From Phoronis australis (Eukaryota > Animalia > Phoronida), in contig NMRA01000312.1 in the NCBI GenBank assembly GCA_002633005.1, positions 391,850 through 455,849 on the forward strand: a DNA stretch of 64,000 nt, in the 5' to 3' direction. Made by a program: the position numbers and the translations under genes. Below are positions 26,044 to 38,229 of this stretch, piece by piece. The notes below the pieces were generated by a model. It saw only the letters and a list, made by a program, of their open reading frames with translations. It had not been told where the DNA came from and did no database searches. Positions within the stretch are counted from its first letter, which is position 1, and every line of letters starts with the position of its first letter.

Positions 26044-27559
26044 TTAACACCTTCTATCAGATGAAAATAATTCAAAATGGACGCAAAGCACTAACGCAAA
26101 GGATAGCGGTCTCCTAATATTTGTAAAATTTAAGTGCGCACGCCTACATCCACAACACTGAATAACAAATTCTGGAAAAAAAACAGAATTTCGAATGTAT
26201 TCATATGGGCTAAAAGAGAGGCCAATCATACTTAGCACCGACTTCGCACAATGAGGGATTGTTTGTGAATTACACATGCATAATATGACTGTGAAACTTG
26301 GATTAAATCATAAACCCGCACTTTTCTATGCTTTCAAAGATTTTGATGATAATAAAATGTGAAAAGTGCTTCCGTAGACAGGTCGACAATATTTTGATCT
26401 AAATTCTCCAATACTGGAAAAGCAAATGATACCATTCCCAGATTACGATGGCCTCTTATTCAATTCGAAAATGTCCTACTTTTGATTCCCAGCTAAGCGA
26501 ATGGGCACATCCTAAATGAAATAATTAAAGTTAAAGAGTTCAATTGAGTTCCAGCACTTTATATGCGTTGCATGCCTGGACTCGAAAACTACAGCTACCC
26601 TAATTTATTCCGAAGAAAGAGGGCCTAAGGGTGAGGTGGTACAATAGGAAAGTCGACGGTCATTGGCTTTGCACAATTTTGCCACCATAAAACCAAAGGA
26701 TGTAAGAGAAACTGTTGGTAGCCTTGGTGCAAAGCTGTATACTAAATATACAGCTTTGTGCCGATGTGGGTAAAACATTGATCAAGTAAAATCTGACACA
26801 AAATTAGTGTCATTAAAAACTAAACTCTTCCTTGAGTAAACTAAATTATTTACCGGTCCTGGAAAAATGGCGTTCTACCGTTATTTTTCAGCTAAAATTG
26901 TGATGCGATCTTTTGCGTCGGCTTTCGGCGCCATGAAATATTGCTTCACCTATTGGCAAGGTTCCTTAATTCCCGATTCTTCCTATTCAACTGTTCTTCT
27001 CTTCCACGAGGTTGCGTACATGTCACAATTAATTATCGGAACTGGTTTCATTTTGTTACAAGTTTTTAGTGTTTTAATACTAGCAAACCTAATTTCAGAA
27101 CAAATTTTGCTGCTGCAAAGAAGTCATCATCTCCCGAGAGATGTCGCAAAATTTTAGGAAATGACGCGAGGGCCTGTCACGACCGTACCGTTTTCAAAAC
27201 GACGACAGGCTTCAAAAGGAGGAAAATTATGCAATAAAATTACGTACTTTATAATATTGTTTTCACTTAAACGACTGCAAGGGTCAAGGTAAGCGTCGGT
27301 TGATTCACAGATTTTTCATGTACTCTAGCCGGTCGTTAGCTGTACATGTTGGTATAAGTTTCACGACGAGGTGACGAGCAGAACAATCCGGGCTGTGTGA
27401 AATTTTGGGGTCTAACGGAGCTCAACATACTGTGGTACCTAGCTGTATTTTAATGATAGTCTTCATACAGCTAGCTGTCTGGCTAAGGCGTTGACAGAGA
27501 TAAAATTGTTGAAACTTTATTTTACTTTACGCATTCTATTTATGCATCTTTGTCGCCGA

Positions 27560-28039
27560 TTACGTCAGTTTAAGCATGTCTACAAATAAGAATTTTACAT
27601 CAAAACTATTCTCAGATGCTATGAAAGTTATCAATTTCATTTTCTGCAATAATAGGTGAAGTATTATACATGTCTTATTTTTTGTTAACGGACTCCGAAT
27701 TCGAGTGTCGATCACACGATTGAAACGCGCTAGTTTTGGACGCAAAATTGGGTCGTTTTTACGCCTGAAAATAATTTCAGGATACAAATAAAATGGTTTG
27801 ATTCTTTCAAACATTAAATACCGTCCTGCCGATTTTTTGTTAAGGATTATGCCCTTGAATTCTCGAAAAACTAAGTGGTTGAAAATACATTCCACAGGCA
27901 AGAGATTTTCCGAAATAAAAAGTTCAATTGGTGACCTAAAAGGTGAATCATTTGTCATCGGGGTTGCTAAAGAAAGCAGACTGACTGGAAAAGCGAAACT
28001 TGTAAGAAACGCGAAAATCAAACCACTACTATCTCTCAT
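27560..28039 (-). CDS. Orphan ORF (159 aa), possibly 5'-extended through an in-frame TAG; function unknown
   Basis: Protein-like ORF directly downstream of the 314 aa ORF; the same frame continues upstream as MSKHIV*RLKTLLDGLKNV-MRDSS. Confidence 0.4.
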   Translation of the reverse strand: MRDSSGLIFAFLTSFAFPVSLLSLATPMTNDSPFRSPIELFISENLLPVECIFNHLVFREFKGIILNKKSAGRYLMFERIKPFYLYPEIIFRRKNDPILRPKLARFNRVIDTRIRSPLTKNKTCIILHLLLQKMKLITFIASENSFDVKFLFVDMLKLT

Positions 28040-28140
28040 TACGTTTTTTAACCCATCGAGAAGAGTTTTTAATCTCTAAACGATATGTTTTGACATGCAT
28101 GTACAAAGCTTGCAAGCTGAGGAGAGCAAAAAGAACCGTC

Positions 28141-29563
28141 TTACCGAAACCATCGAACATTAAAGATCCTGTCCAAAAACGGTGTTCGTGTTAGACTAGA
28201 AGCACTTGTAATGTTTGAAGCTACAGATCGTCGTCTCTGGTTACGCCTGCGTCGTCGTACCCGTCGACGCGCCGGCGGCACGTTTTCGTTGGTTACGTCG
28301 TCGATCAGAGACTCTCGAGAGACTACAATGCGTACGTCTTCCTGTAGCGTCGGGGAGCTCGATGTGACCAGAGAAAGTTCCGGAGGCAGATCTACGAATT
28401 CGTTGGACGGTATTGGCGTTGAACTCGACCGAGGTAACTCGTCTAGAAATTCAGTGAAGCTGTCATTATTTGACGTCGCCGAGGGTGAGAGTGGCCGTGA
28501 CATTGGTGGTGAGAAAGAAGTCGACGTTGTGGGAATTGGTTCGCAGTCATATGTCGCGCGAGAGCACTGATGGTCTAGGCATCGTTTCTTGTTGGGAGGG
28601 AAATTTGAGCTTTCGTCATCATCGTCGCCATCGCTAAATCTCACCAACCTTTTCACCCCGTGACGAGATTGATTAGTACTAGTTCCCGCATTGCTCTGTC
28701 CCTCGGAAGAGTCCACGAAGTTATCGACGTCACCTGATGACTCCTTTCCGTCGCTATTATGTCCATTTCGTATGAAGCAGTCAGAGTGGCAGCTGAAAGA
28801 ATCACGACTAAAAGAATCGTCTGATGATTGAAAATGCTTGTCCCAGTAATCAGTCTTACCTAATTCATCATCAGCTATATCGTGTGTTTCAACGCCAGCT
28901 GAAATATCGATATCACCCACTTTCTCGCCATCGTCGTTATTTGAACAATGCACTTCGTGGTGTCTGCTAATGGTCGTGCCTACAAAATCTATTCCAGCAT
29001 CGGCAGCAACTTCTCGCAAGTCACCGTCTATCTGGAGAGTCTCGTCGTCGTATGATGTAGTTGGTCTAAAACTACTCGGAAACATCTGAAATAAAGTGAG
29101 GGAAGAATATAAAAATCATTTTTAGTGCATCGTTACTTGAAAATTACTTGAATTGAAGGTTTGTCGATTTGTCTTTGAGCTGAATATATTTCCCATGTGT
29201 CTTTAAAGATCATCAAATCGCAGGCTGCGTCACACAGAATATAAATCAGAGCAAAGTTATTACCGACTTGTTGAAGCAATCAGATACTGTGACAACCTTG
29301 ACATCTTGCTCTTGGCGAACGTCTTTGTGTAGAAGATGACGATAAACATTGTCCAATCATTTTCTGGCCAAATGGAACATCAGTGATGTTGATCTCTGCT
29401 GCTCAAATAGTTTGAAGAAGAAGCGCCTTCTCTCGAATTGATCCAGTGCTATTGAGAACTTCAAAAGACTGCAACGTCATCTCGTGTAAATCGACTCTAA
29501 AAGTATGTTATCAACATGACCTGTTAATTGAACATCTTGTCCAATGTTGTGTCACCGACTCAT
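28141..29563 (-). pseudogene. Two-exon orphan gene (29563-29264, 29085-28141) encoding an acidic/Ser-rich protein with basic NLS-like tracts; exon 1 has three in-frame TGA codons
   Basis: Donor AAGTCG|gtaata and acceptor ctttatttcag|ATG join in phase 0. Exon 2 is an intact 314-codon ORF (PPNKKRCL, RRRVRRRRRNQRRRS, KRLVRF). Exon 1 reads MSR*HNIG...YTR*RCSL...ARK*LDNVY... Confidence 0.5.
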
Positions 29564-29949
29564 GAAGTAAATAGTTTTTTTCATGAATCTATAGCTTGTT
29601 GATACAATTTTTATTTTATTACATTATAAGAAAAAATTACGTCAGATCATGCAGACACCGAAGCCACGCAAAGTCGCTGATGCATTCGCACATGTTTCTA
29701 ACAAAACTGAATCTCTTCGAAAAATACTTGCTTAAGCGTAGTGAGGGGTGCAGTTCTCTAAGTTACAGTTCAGCGTAGCGGCCGAGAATTTGGAACGCGT
29801 AGTTATACGTTCCTTACTAGGGTGTTGCTTGTATATTCTTTTAATGGCGTAAGCCTGCTTTTGTCATGAAACAAAAATTAACTCATATTCTTGATGCGAA
29901 TTAAAATCTATTTTAATCGTTTCATAATTTTCCGATTTTCGCTTGTTTT

Positions 29950-30418
29950 ATGCACTTACCTTTCTACTACCAGTTTCCGTCTCTTTGGTAACAAATAATC
30001 AGTTTTCTATTTAGATTATCGCAAATTTGATCAGAGTACAGTTAGAACATGTCTATACTGCAGGAAAGATTCTTTCAAAACTCACCTCATCACTGAACGC
30101 GCGGCATGACGTCAAATGTAAGTGTGCGCGTACATAAAATTACGCGCTGGAAATGTTTACGATACTGCTTTTTTCTTTCAATAAATATGCAAAAATAGAA
30201 TGTCTATAAAAACCACAAAATTTAAACATATTACTTAGTTCAAATTAATTGACGAATATCAATATTTTGAGATATTTGTTAAAAAATAGGGCTTCTTTAT
30301 TTTCTTGCGCGATTTTTAAACTTTTCTTTCATCAATCGACGTCATATATGACGTTTTTCTTTATTTTACGTCACACATACTCACGACAAAAGAAAGGAAT
30401 AATTTTCTTTAAATATCA
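29950..30418 (-). repeat. Copy 1 of a ~460 bp diverged direct repeat (promoter/leader-like block)
   Basis: Co-linear with 34040-34496: cacttacc, ctgcaggaaag, tcaaaactcacc, ggcatgacgtcaaatgtaagt, ttattttcttgcgcgattt, caatcgacgtca, ttctttaaatatca. Confidence 0.85.
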
Positions 30419-33400
30419 ATAGTTCAAAAATAGTTAACGTCGGGGATATCATGGTTTACGAAGATAAGTAACTAGTTTACGCTAGTAGTTGATGGTCCCA
30501 AAATTTGAGCTACAAATTGGGGTAGAAACTCGAGATTTCGAGTAAAAACATGTGGTTTCGAATTCAGACTCGAATCATAGTTTTTGGGGTCATCAAATGC
30601 AAAATAGAATTTCACAATCAACCATTTAGGCCATAATATGCTCGACAGTCATTTTGAGCTCGTGTCCGAGTAGAAAGCGAGAGAGAAAACTTCAGATTTG
30701 AATATGATTGAAAAGGTTGCCAGTACTTGAAATTATATGTTTGCATTATCACAAGCACACGAACTCGAAAGTTTATCATTGCACTTTATAAGACCCATGG
30801 CGTTTATACAAGCCAAAATTGTCTTGGGGAAAATCTGACAGATTAACATCATTGCATAGTCAGACAATATTTACTGGGTTTTTTTTCGTATAGCAAATCG
30901 ACTCGATAGTTTCGAAATGCTGAACAGTTTTGTTTCATTTTATTGTCATAGATAATTATTTGGTTGTTTGTCTGGAGCTCGGAAATATTGACCTACATGT
31001 TTAAAAACGTTTTTGTGTTTTCAGCGATGACGTGTCTACCACTGGTAGGATGTGATTTGGGCCCGCAAATAGGAATCGACATGCAGTCAGGTCACATGGT
31101 CAAATATTTCGAAGTCTTCGATATTTTTCCCACTTGGGTAATCAGGTGTGCATTCTAGAATTTGACGTTCCAGAATCTTACAATCATTCAACTACGTTCT
31201 CGTATAGGGCCATCGGAAGGCACACATTGGGCCTACACATCGTTTCTTAATATACCGAATCCAACTGGTTGGTAAAGACACATTTGATCCAAAACAGCGG
31301 CAGAAAAATAACGTCAAGCAAGGGAAACCTTAATTCAAACTTTCTTTTATAAGGACATAGCGGCGTTTTCTGGGGAATAGTAAATTAAACTTTTCCCAGT
31401 GTAACGAAGACTATGTTGAAGACGGGGCGGTCTGCTGCTTCGTTGACTTGTTTCTATCAAACACACAAAAACAATCTTTTGAGCGACGAAAACGAGGGTA
31501 GGATAGTGAAATCACAATGAAATTGCTAGGCTTTTTTACCAAAAGGTAGATTGAGTAACAATCTGATTAGGCTATCATTAAGCGCTGGCATTGTATTCGA
31601 CCGTTTTCAATGACTATCGATCAGAACTTTTCCTACGATTTTAATTGAGAAAGAAAAAATGAAGAAATTTACCGATGCTTCGTAACAGGGCAAAATTGCT
31701 CTTCACGCAACAAGCTCGTCTGACAGTGCGAGTTTTATTTTTCATTCTTCATGGTATGTTTTCCGAAGCTTCCTTCATAAATTCATACGCAGTTCCGGAC
31801 TATCTGTTAATTTTTCAAGCTACAGCTTGGGGCTATGTGCAAAATAGTCCCCCCCCCCCACCCCTCGTGCCCACAAGATTTATTCACAAGTCGTGAGGAT
31901 CGAGAGGAGAAATCCATTAAAATAAGAAAGATGTAACAAAGGGTTTTGCGATCGCCCCTTATCGTTGTCAAATGGGGTCCTCAAAGGTCCTAGCGACTCT
32001 GAGGCGGCAGGTGGAAAATTGTGGCGACCAGTGGAAGTAAAAATTGGGGTCACGTCTTGTCGCAACATCCGGTCCCTCGAAAGTTATGGCGACGGAGGGG
32101 TCAGTTCCAAAATTTCATAGTTAGGCAGAAATTCTAACGAATAGGGCCCCAGACTTTTCATATTATGAGGTTCTCGAGACACCTTAATCTGCCACAGGAG
32201 ATATGACACAATGCCGGAACTTGCATTTTCAACTACAGACATGCGTGGAATGCGATATGGTCAGAGGTTCTCTGCTGAACCTCAATGTTCATAATCCTTC
32301 AAGCAGGAATTATGTTGCTCGGTGGGGGGCAAGAGGAATGCTTTCTTCGTCGTTTTTTACACTTGACTACACTAGGATAGTAGATAAGGAATGCATGGAA
32401 AACGTTATAATGAATATTTGGTATAGACCTGGGCCCGGTCTCCAATCTTTTTACTCGAAACGGAACTCGAAATTAGGTTTGGCATTTTCTACTGTACTTT
32501 TGGGCGAAATCAAGATAAGTGTCTATTATTCTATTCTCCAGTACACAATAACTTACGTAGATAATTTATTGCCCTTAGTTTACAGTTTGTAAACCCAATA
32601 TTAAAGCAATAAGTTCGAGTTTGAACTCGAAATTTCGAGTTTTTACTCGAGTTTGTAGCACGAATACAAGGGTCTTCAAGGGCAAACTTGAACTAGAACT
32701 CCTATGCATAAACTATAATGTATTCGAGCACAGTCTAATAACCAATTATCTTAAGTTCGCACAAAAGGAGCAGAGAAATTGCCAAAAATAGTTTCGAGTT
32801 CGTTTCGAGTNAGACCGTGTACGACTTCGCGAGATACCGCCATGCATTGTAAGCGAGGCTTCTCATGGCCATACTAGCTTTACTTGGGAAATTCTTACAC
32901 CCACGGAACGCAGCTAGGCTACTGACGTGGCCATCTTGTCCTTCAATTGGGGGTTCGACAATGAAGTTTTGCTTTAATTTTCAATGCTTGCGTTTACTCA
33001 CACGTAATCAATAGCACTACTAGATATAATTACTCAAATGAAGGGATTACTTTATTGTAGGTCTGCAAAAACGGATGATTTGATGATTTAAAATTATTCG
33101 ACTGCAGACGCTACACCTATCGGTGATACAAGATCGTATGCCAAACGAGCGGCTGTGGAGAAGAGCCTTCTTTATCAAAGCTATCGTGACGTAATAAGTG
33201 AGCTGTCCACAAAAAGTTGCGACTGTTGACGATTCGTGTATTGCTGTTTCATTCCAGGTTTCAGTAGGTTGATGGTCTAGGACCATGTTTTAATGTAATT
33301 TCTACAGTTCATTTAAACTCTTGATCTGCGACATTGGAACATGAAGCCTGGACCCAATTTCTGCCAGTGACAACAACTGTGCCAAATGTGAAGCTATGGA

Positions 33401-34039
33401 CGTGGGACTATTGTTAGCGTCTTTGTTCCACAGTAAGAGAATGACGTCACTGGAACCTGGAACCATTTTCAGTTGGTAACAGAAGTAGAATCCTATCACG
33501 CTAAAGACTATTATGAGGCAGATTCTTTAAAATCAAAAGGCTTAATTTGCTTTTCGTTTTTAACCAGGTAAACAGAGCCAAACGCGGCTTTAAATAAACG
33601 ATTTCTTTCCCCAACTCGTGCAGACACCGTAACCACGTAAGACGAGTGATAGTACTGGTACACACTACATCGAAACCATGTTTTCGCTAGTTATTTGGAG
33701 AACATAGAAAAACCAGTAATAAATTATACCTGCTTAGAAATACAAAACTTTGGGCTATTTTTATAGAAAGACTACAAAGGTAAACCTTTCCTTTGAAAAA
33801 TGCTTGATCGATCATAGGGGGTTCCAATTCTCTCGGTTGCGTTTTATCAGAAAAAGGAGCAGTCGGAACGTTGGAACGCATTGCTACACGTGCTTTAATC
33901 ATGAGTCCTTTAATGCCTGTATCTTTCTTTTAACCTTATACATACGTCATGGAACAAATACTTTGGAACCCATTTTTCTCATATTGAAATCTGTTTTAAT
34001 TATACTGTAATTCGTCCAGTTATTTGTGCAATATCTTCT

Positions 34040-34496
34040 TTCACTTACCTTTCTGCAACTAGTTTCCGTTTCTTTAATGACAGTTTTCTCGTTAAATTAT
34101 GCCAAATATGGTCGGACTACAGTAAGAACACGTCTACACTGCAGGAAAGTTTCATTCAAAACTCACCGTATCACTAAACGCTTGGCATGACGTCAAATGT
34201 AAGTTTGCGCAGAGAAATTAACGCGCTTAAAATGTTTATGTTACACCTTTTCATTTTATAAATAGAACAAAGAATATAATAAATCTAAAAACACGTTTTG
34301 AACTTATTTTTCGTTCAAATCCATTATATAACATCTAAATTTTGCCTTATTGATTGAGAAAATAGGACATATTTATTTTCTTGCGCGATTTTGAAACTTT
34401 ATGTTTCGTCAATCGACGTCATCAGTGACGCTTTTCTTTATTTTTCGTCAGAAATACACAGAACAAAAGTAACTAATGTTTTTCTTTAAATATCAG
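34040..34496 (-). repeat. Copy 2 of the ~460 bp diverged direct repeat
   Basis: Shares the same ordered conserved blocks as 29950-30418. Confidence 0.85.
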
Positions 34497-36682
34497 TACT
34501 TTGATAATCTAGATGCTTCATGTTTGGTAATGTTTTAAGTTGCGATGGTAAGTTCAGGTCTTGCGATTACTTCAGTGCTATCATTGGGTTTTCTCAGCCG
34601 ATTGCTGAATGTCTCGGTGTAAAAACTACTCAACAGAATTTATTGAGATTACAAGACATGGTTGGGAATGAACCTGCTATGGAAAAATTCCGTTTAGGTG
34701 AGTTTAAAACTTTGGTACACTTGGACTATATAAAACGAAACTTGGAGCCTGGTAACATGAAATTGACTGATTGATCGTGAGTTGTTTAATACGTTGTTAA
34801 TTGAAATAATAAAATGTTTGGTAAGCTATAAACTATTACTTAACTAAAAGTGAATTCCAAAAACGTTTTTAGAGATCCTTTGGTAAATGAAGCAAACGGC
34901 GTTGTTGTAGTCAGTAATATCACAAGTTAAGTCAACTGTCATCAACACATAAAGCGACCTTGTGTGCCGCTACTCAAGAAGAATACTTCGGATTCGTTCA
35001 GCTGTGGACGGATAATATCTGCGGCATTAATCTTCCGCGTCCTGTTTGAGTTAATTTCAATCGGCCAGACTAAATTCAACGTATAGTAAGACAATAATCT
35101 ACTTATAACTAAACATTTTTTCGATTACTGAGTTTTTCATATCGACAGTCACTTGATGAGATTGATATCGAACGTTTTCAATAGGAATCATAGCCACTAT
35201 TCGACTGAGTTTTGGATGATCTCAAGGGACAAATTTTCGGAGGCTCAAAACACACCATGCTGCAGTTGCATTTGGTATTCATAGTATTCGCGTTTATACT
35301 CAATAGACCACTTCCTCGGTACATTCGACTGGGTGTGACTTCTTGTACAAAAGATTGAAAATTCCAGCTCAGAAACTTGAGCAGAACCTGACACATGAAT
35401 GCTGCACGGGGCAGACATCTTGCCAGTCTTTTGTGAAGTCGCACACTCGTTCAATAATTCATTGTTTCAGCAGAGTCCTATCTGTCCCAAAGAATTGATA
35501 CTATCCAATGTAGTCAGTAGCAGTAAACAAGCTATCTAAGCCAGTAAGATAACATCAGCTGAATGTCCTCTGATGAACGTTTTCATGCCAAGCAGACGAG
35601 TTTTGAAGGGGAAAGGTATGGACACAATATTTTTTCTGTCATTTGATTGGTTGTTCGGATCATTTTGCACTGACACCTGGAAGCAATTTTCTTCATTGCA
35701 TAGTGGAGCAGACGACGGAAACGGAGTCATAGTGCCCAGCGCCACTGCCGGTCGCCTAGTTATCGCGGGAGAGCCTATACTTAGCCACAGTTCCGTTACG
35801 ATTGCTCCGTGTTCCGAATTTGACACTTGAAATTGGATCTGAGCCCCCCTCCCACAAACACTAAAACTGCACACATTTAAATCTTGTTTCAGCCGTATAA
35901 TTTTAATTACCGGGGTTAATTAATAAACTCAACATTTCTCTACGCTCTTTCTGTTTTATTTTTTTTGCGGCAGCCAAGGGGGGGGGGCAGGGCTCCCCTT
36001 AAATCCGCCTATGCTGTTCTGTTCGTCTTCTTCACTGTTTTAATCATATTGTCTAAACTTAGGATAAGTATTGCTTGTGTAAAAATCTTGCACCTCCATT
36101 TTGGTTGATATGAATTCTGATGAGACTGATCATCGTTCACATATATCAGTCTGATTATCGTTTACAGTATTATTCTTAGGATCGTTTTTAGTCAGTGACA
36201 AGAATTCGTATATATTACGAGGGCTGCTGAAAAAACTTTGATCTTATATTACACCATTCGTTGATATTAATTCTTATCAACATCTTGTAACATGTCATAC
36301 CATTCTTAGAAATAGCCGAAATTAATCTATGTTAAAGAATCATTTGTAATAAATTTATCAACCATAATTGATTGTGTACACCTGTCGTGCACGCGCAGAT
36401 ATAGTGCCTGTGTACACTTGTCCTTCAAGCGCAGATATACATGCACATAGAGGGACAAAGGGACATTCACCCCGAACTGCTCCATCGAAAAAGGGCACCG
36501 TCTGAAATGGGACACCTTAAGGTGAAAGGCTAAACATCATTAAGCTTGGAAAACAGTGACAGTTCATTCCACCGTCGTGTGGTTCCAAAACGAGACAGGG
36601 AGTGACCTCCTTCAACATGAAAGCACCATTTCATTAAAAACAGGAAAATAGAGGTAATCGATTCCAACATTGAGCCCTCTCT

Positions 36683-36948
36683 CCATGAGCGGCTCCTTAA
36701 GAATTTGTCAATAAAAGTACAAAAAGGTGACCACTTGGATGTCATCAATGGCCTCCTTCAAGGGCGGGGCTCCTAAATATGAAAATTTATACCACAATAT
36801 TAGCGTCAAATGGCAGATACAACCGTGTAATAACCCATAAAGTCATCTCACTAGTGAGATAACGATTTGGCGGGAAACCGAGGACGGGGTCGAACCGGGA
36901 CCTTAATATAGCTGGTCGCCGACTTTAACCACTACACCACGCAGCGGC
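36683..36948 (-). mobile_element. tRNA-derived SINE
   Basis: Minus-strand head gcgtggtgtagtggttaaagtcggcgac...ccggttcgacccc has A box (TGGTGTAGTGG) and B box (GGTTCGACCC); lies inside the split repeat. The 3' boundary is approximate. Confidence 0.6.
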
Positions 36949-37493
36949 TGACGTCATCAAGTGTGAAAATAGAATACTTAAATGAGCACGCGCAATAATC
37001 GCACGTTCAACAAACCGCATTGTACTGTACTTATACGCTCCGAAAACTAAGACACATAATTTCCATAAAAATGATATCTTAATTCAGTGAAATTTTTCTC
37101 TCATGTCCTCTTACTTGTAAATCACCGATCTCCAATTTGAATGCAGGTATCGTGTCGTCAGGATCTTTGACTTGAGAATTATATTCAGTTACCAGTGGTA
37201 ACCTACTTTAGCAGACGATAATTTCCCGGTCGAAGCTTAGCGTGTAAAAAACGTGTTTTAAGCTATAATAGTTGCTTAACCTTAATTTAGAGATTCACTT
37301 CATTTCTATTTTGTTTAAATTTCCAATTGGTTTTGAGTATAAGTATTATTTGACAAAAATAGCTCGGCTTTTCTTAAAAGGTCACGACCTCCGACCCCGG
37401 GCCTCTGACATAGAAAGTAGTTACAAAGCCGAGGCGAGTCGAGAAAGGTAGATCGATTCATTGCAATGTTTCTCGTTTAGTATGTGGTATAAA

Positions 37494-37655
37494 TAGATTA
37501 TTACATGTTCTCAGTCGTTATCCCCCTTATCTAGAGCCCTCGTGGATTTTGTAGAATTATCACCCTCGGGGCTAACGCCCCTCGGGCGATAATTCTCCAA
37601 AATCCACTCGGGCTCTAGATAACGGGGGATAACGACTTCGCCATGTAATAATCTA
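37494..37655. mobile_element. Near-perfect palindromic (hairpin) miniature element
   Basis: tagattattacatg..agtcgttatcccc.ttatctagagccc..gtggattttg.agaattatc [loop] gataattct.caaaatccac..gggctctagataa.ggggataacgact..catgtaataatcta. Confidence 0.85.
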
Positions 37656-38229
37656 TATATATGTATTTTCAAATATCAGGAAATGCGCAGCGATTGATGT
37701 TATCTGTCAGGTCATCAATTTTTCCCAAATGATATACAGTTACGAGAAAAAATAAAGCGAAAGTTTTCTCCGTTATCCCATGCCAGAGAGGGGCCTCTGG
37801 AAAAATATAGTTTTGCATTCGCCAAACTGATGTATTGAATTTAAACATCCAGTAAATTAGAACGCTCCCCAATAGCTTCGCTTTACAAAATTTCTCGATT
37901 TTTCGAAATAGATGGTGTGCGTTTAGATGACCTGTGCTACAAAAGCGAAGACCTTAACGACACTGTCGTGGCCAGAGTCATCAAAAGGTAAACCATGCAC
38001 TGATGCAGATTTGCTAATGTCCTCTTGAATTTTCTCTCTTATCCGTTTTTCGCAGTCTTTCTTTTCTCGACTGTCCCCGGCACCATGTCTATGTCGGTTG
38101 TCACGGTTTAACCCAGACGCCTGAAAAAATTTTGGTGGGGCCCGTGTATGGCCGAGGGCGAAACACGGTCTTCCTGTCGCTCTACGACATTCTGAAAAAA
38201 GCAACGATTTAATCAGTACAAAAAGCGGC

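Larger units (their letters stand above)
36441..38155 (-). mobile_element. Interspersed repeat copy split into 36441-36682 and ~37935-38155 by later insertions; inverted relative to the copy at 44005-44483
   Basis: Both pieces are reverse-complement matches to consecutive parts of 44005-44483, e.g. ctgaaatgggacaccttaag / cttaaggtgtcccatttcag and tttctcgactgtccccgg / ccggggacagtcgagaaa. Confidence 0.8.

Noticed and set aside
30059-30086. 28 nt GTGAG...CTGCAG mini-intron conserved in both cassette copies
   Set aside because: Shorter than typical metazoan minimum intron length and unsupported without transcript data.
36874-36948. tRNA gene
   Set aside because: Has A and B boxes but no proper acceptor or anticodon stem pairing, and continues into a repeat body; treated as a SINE head.
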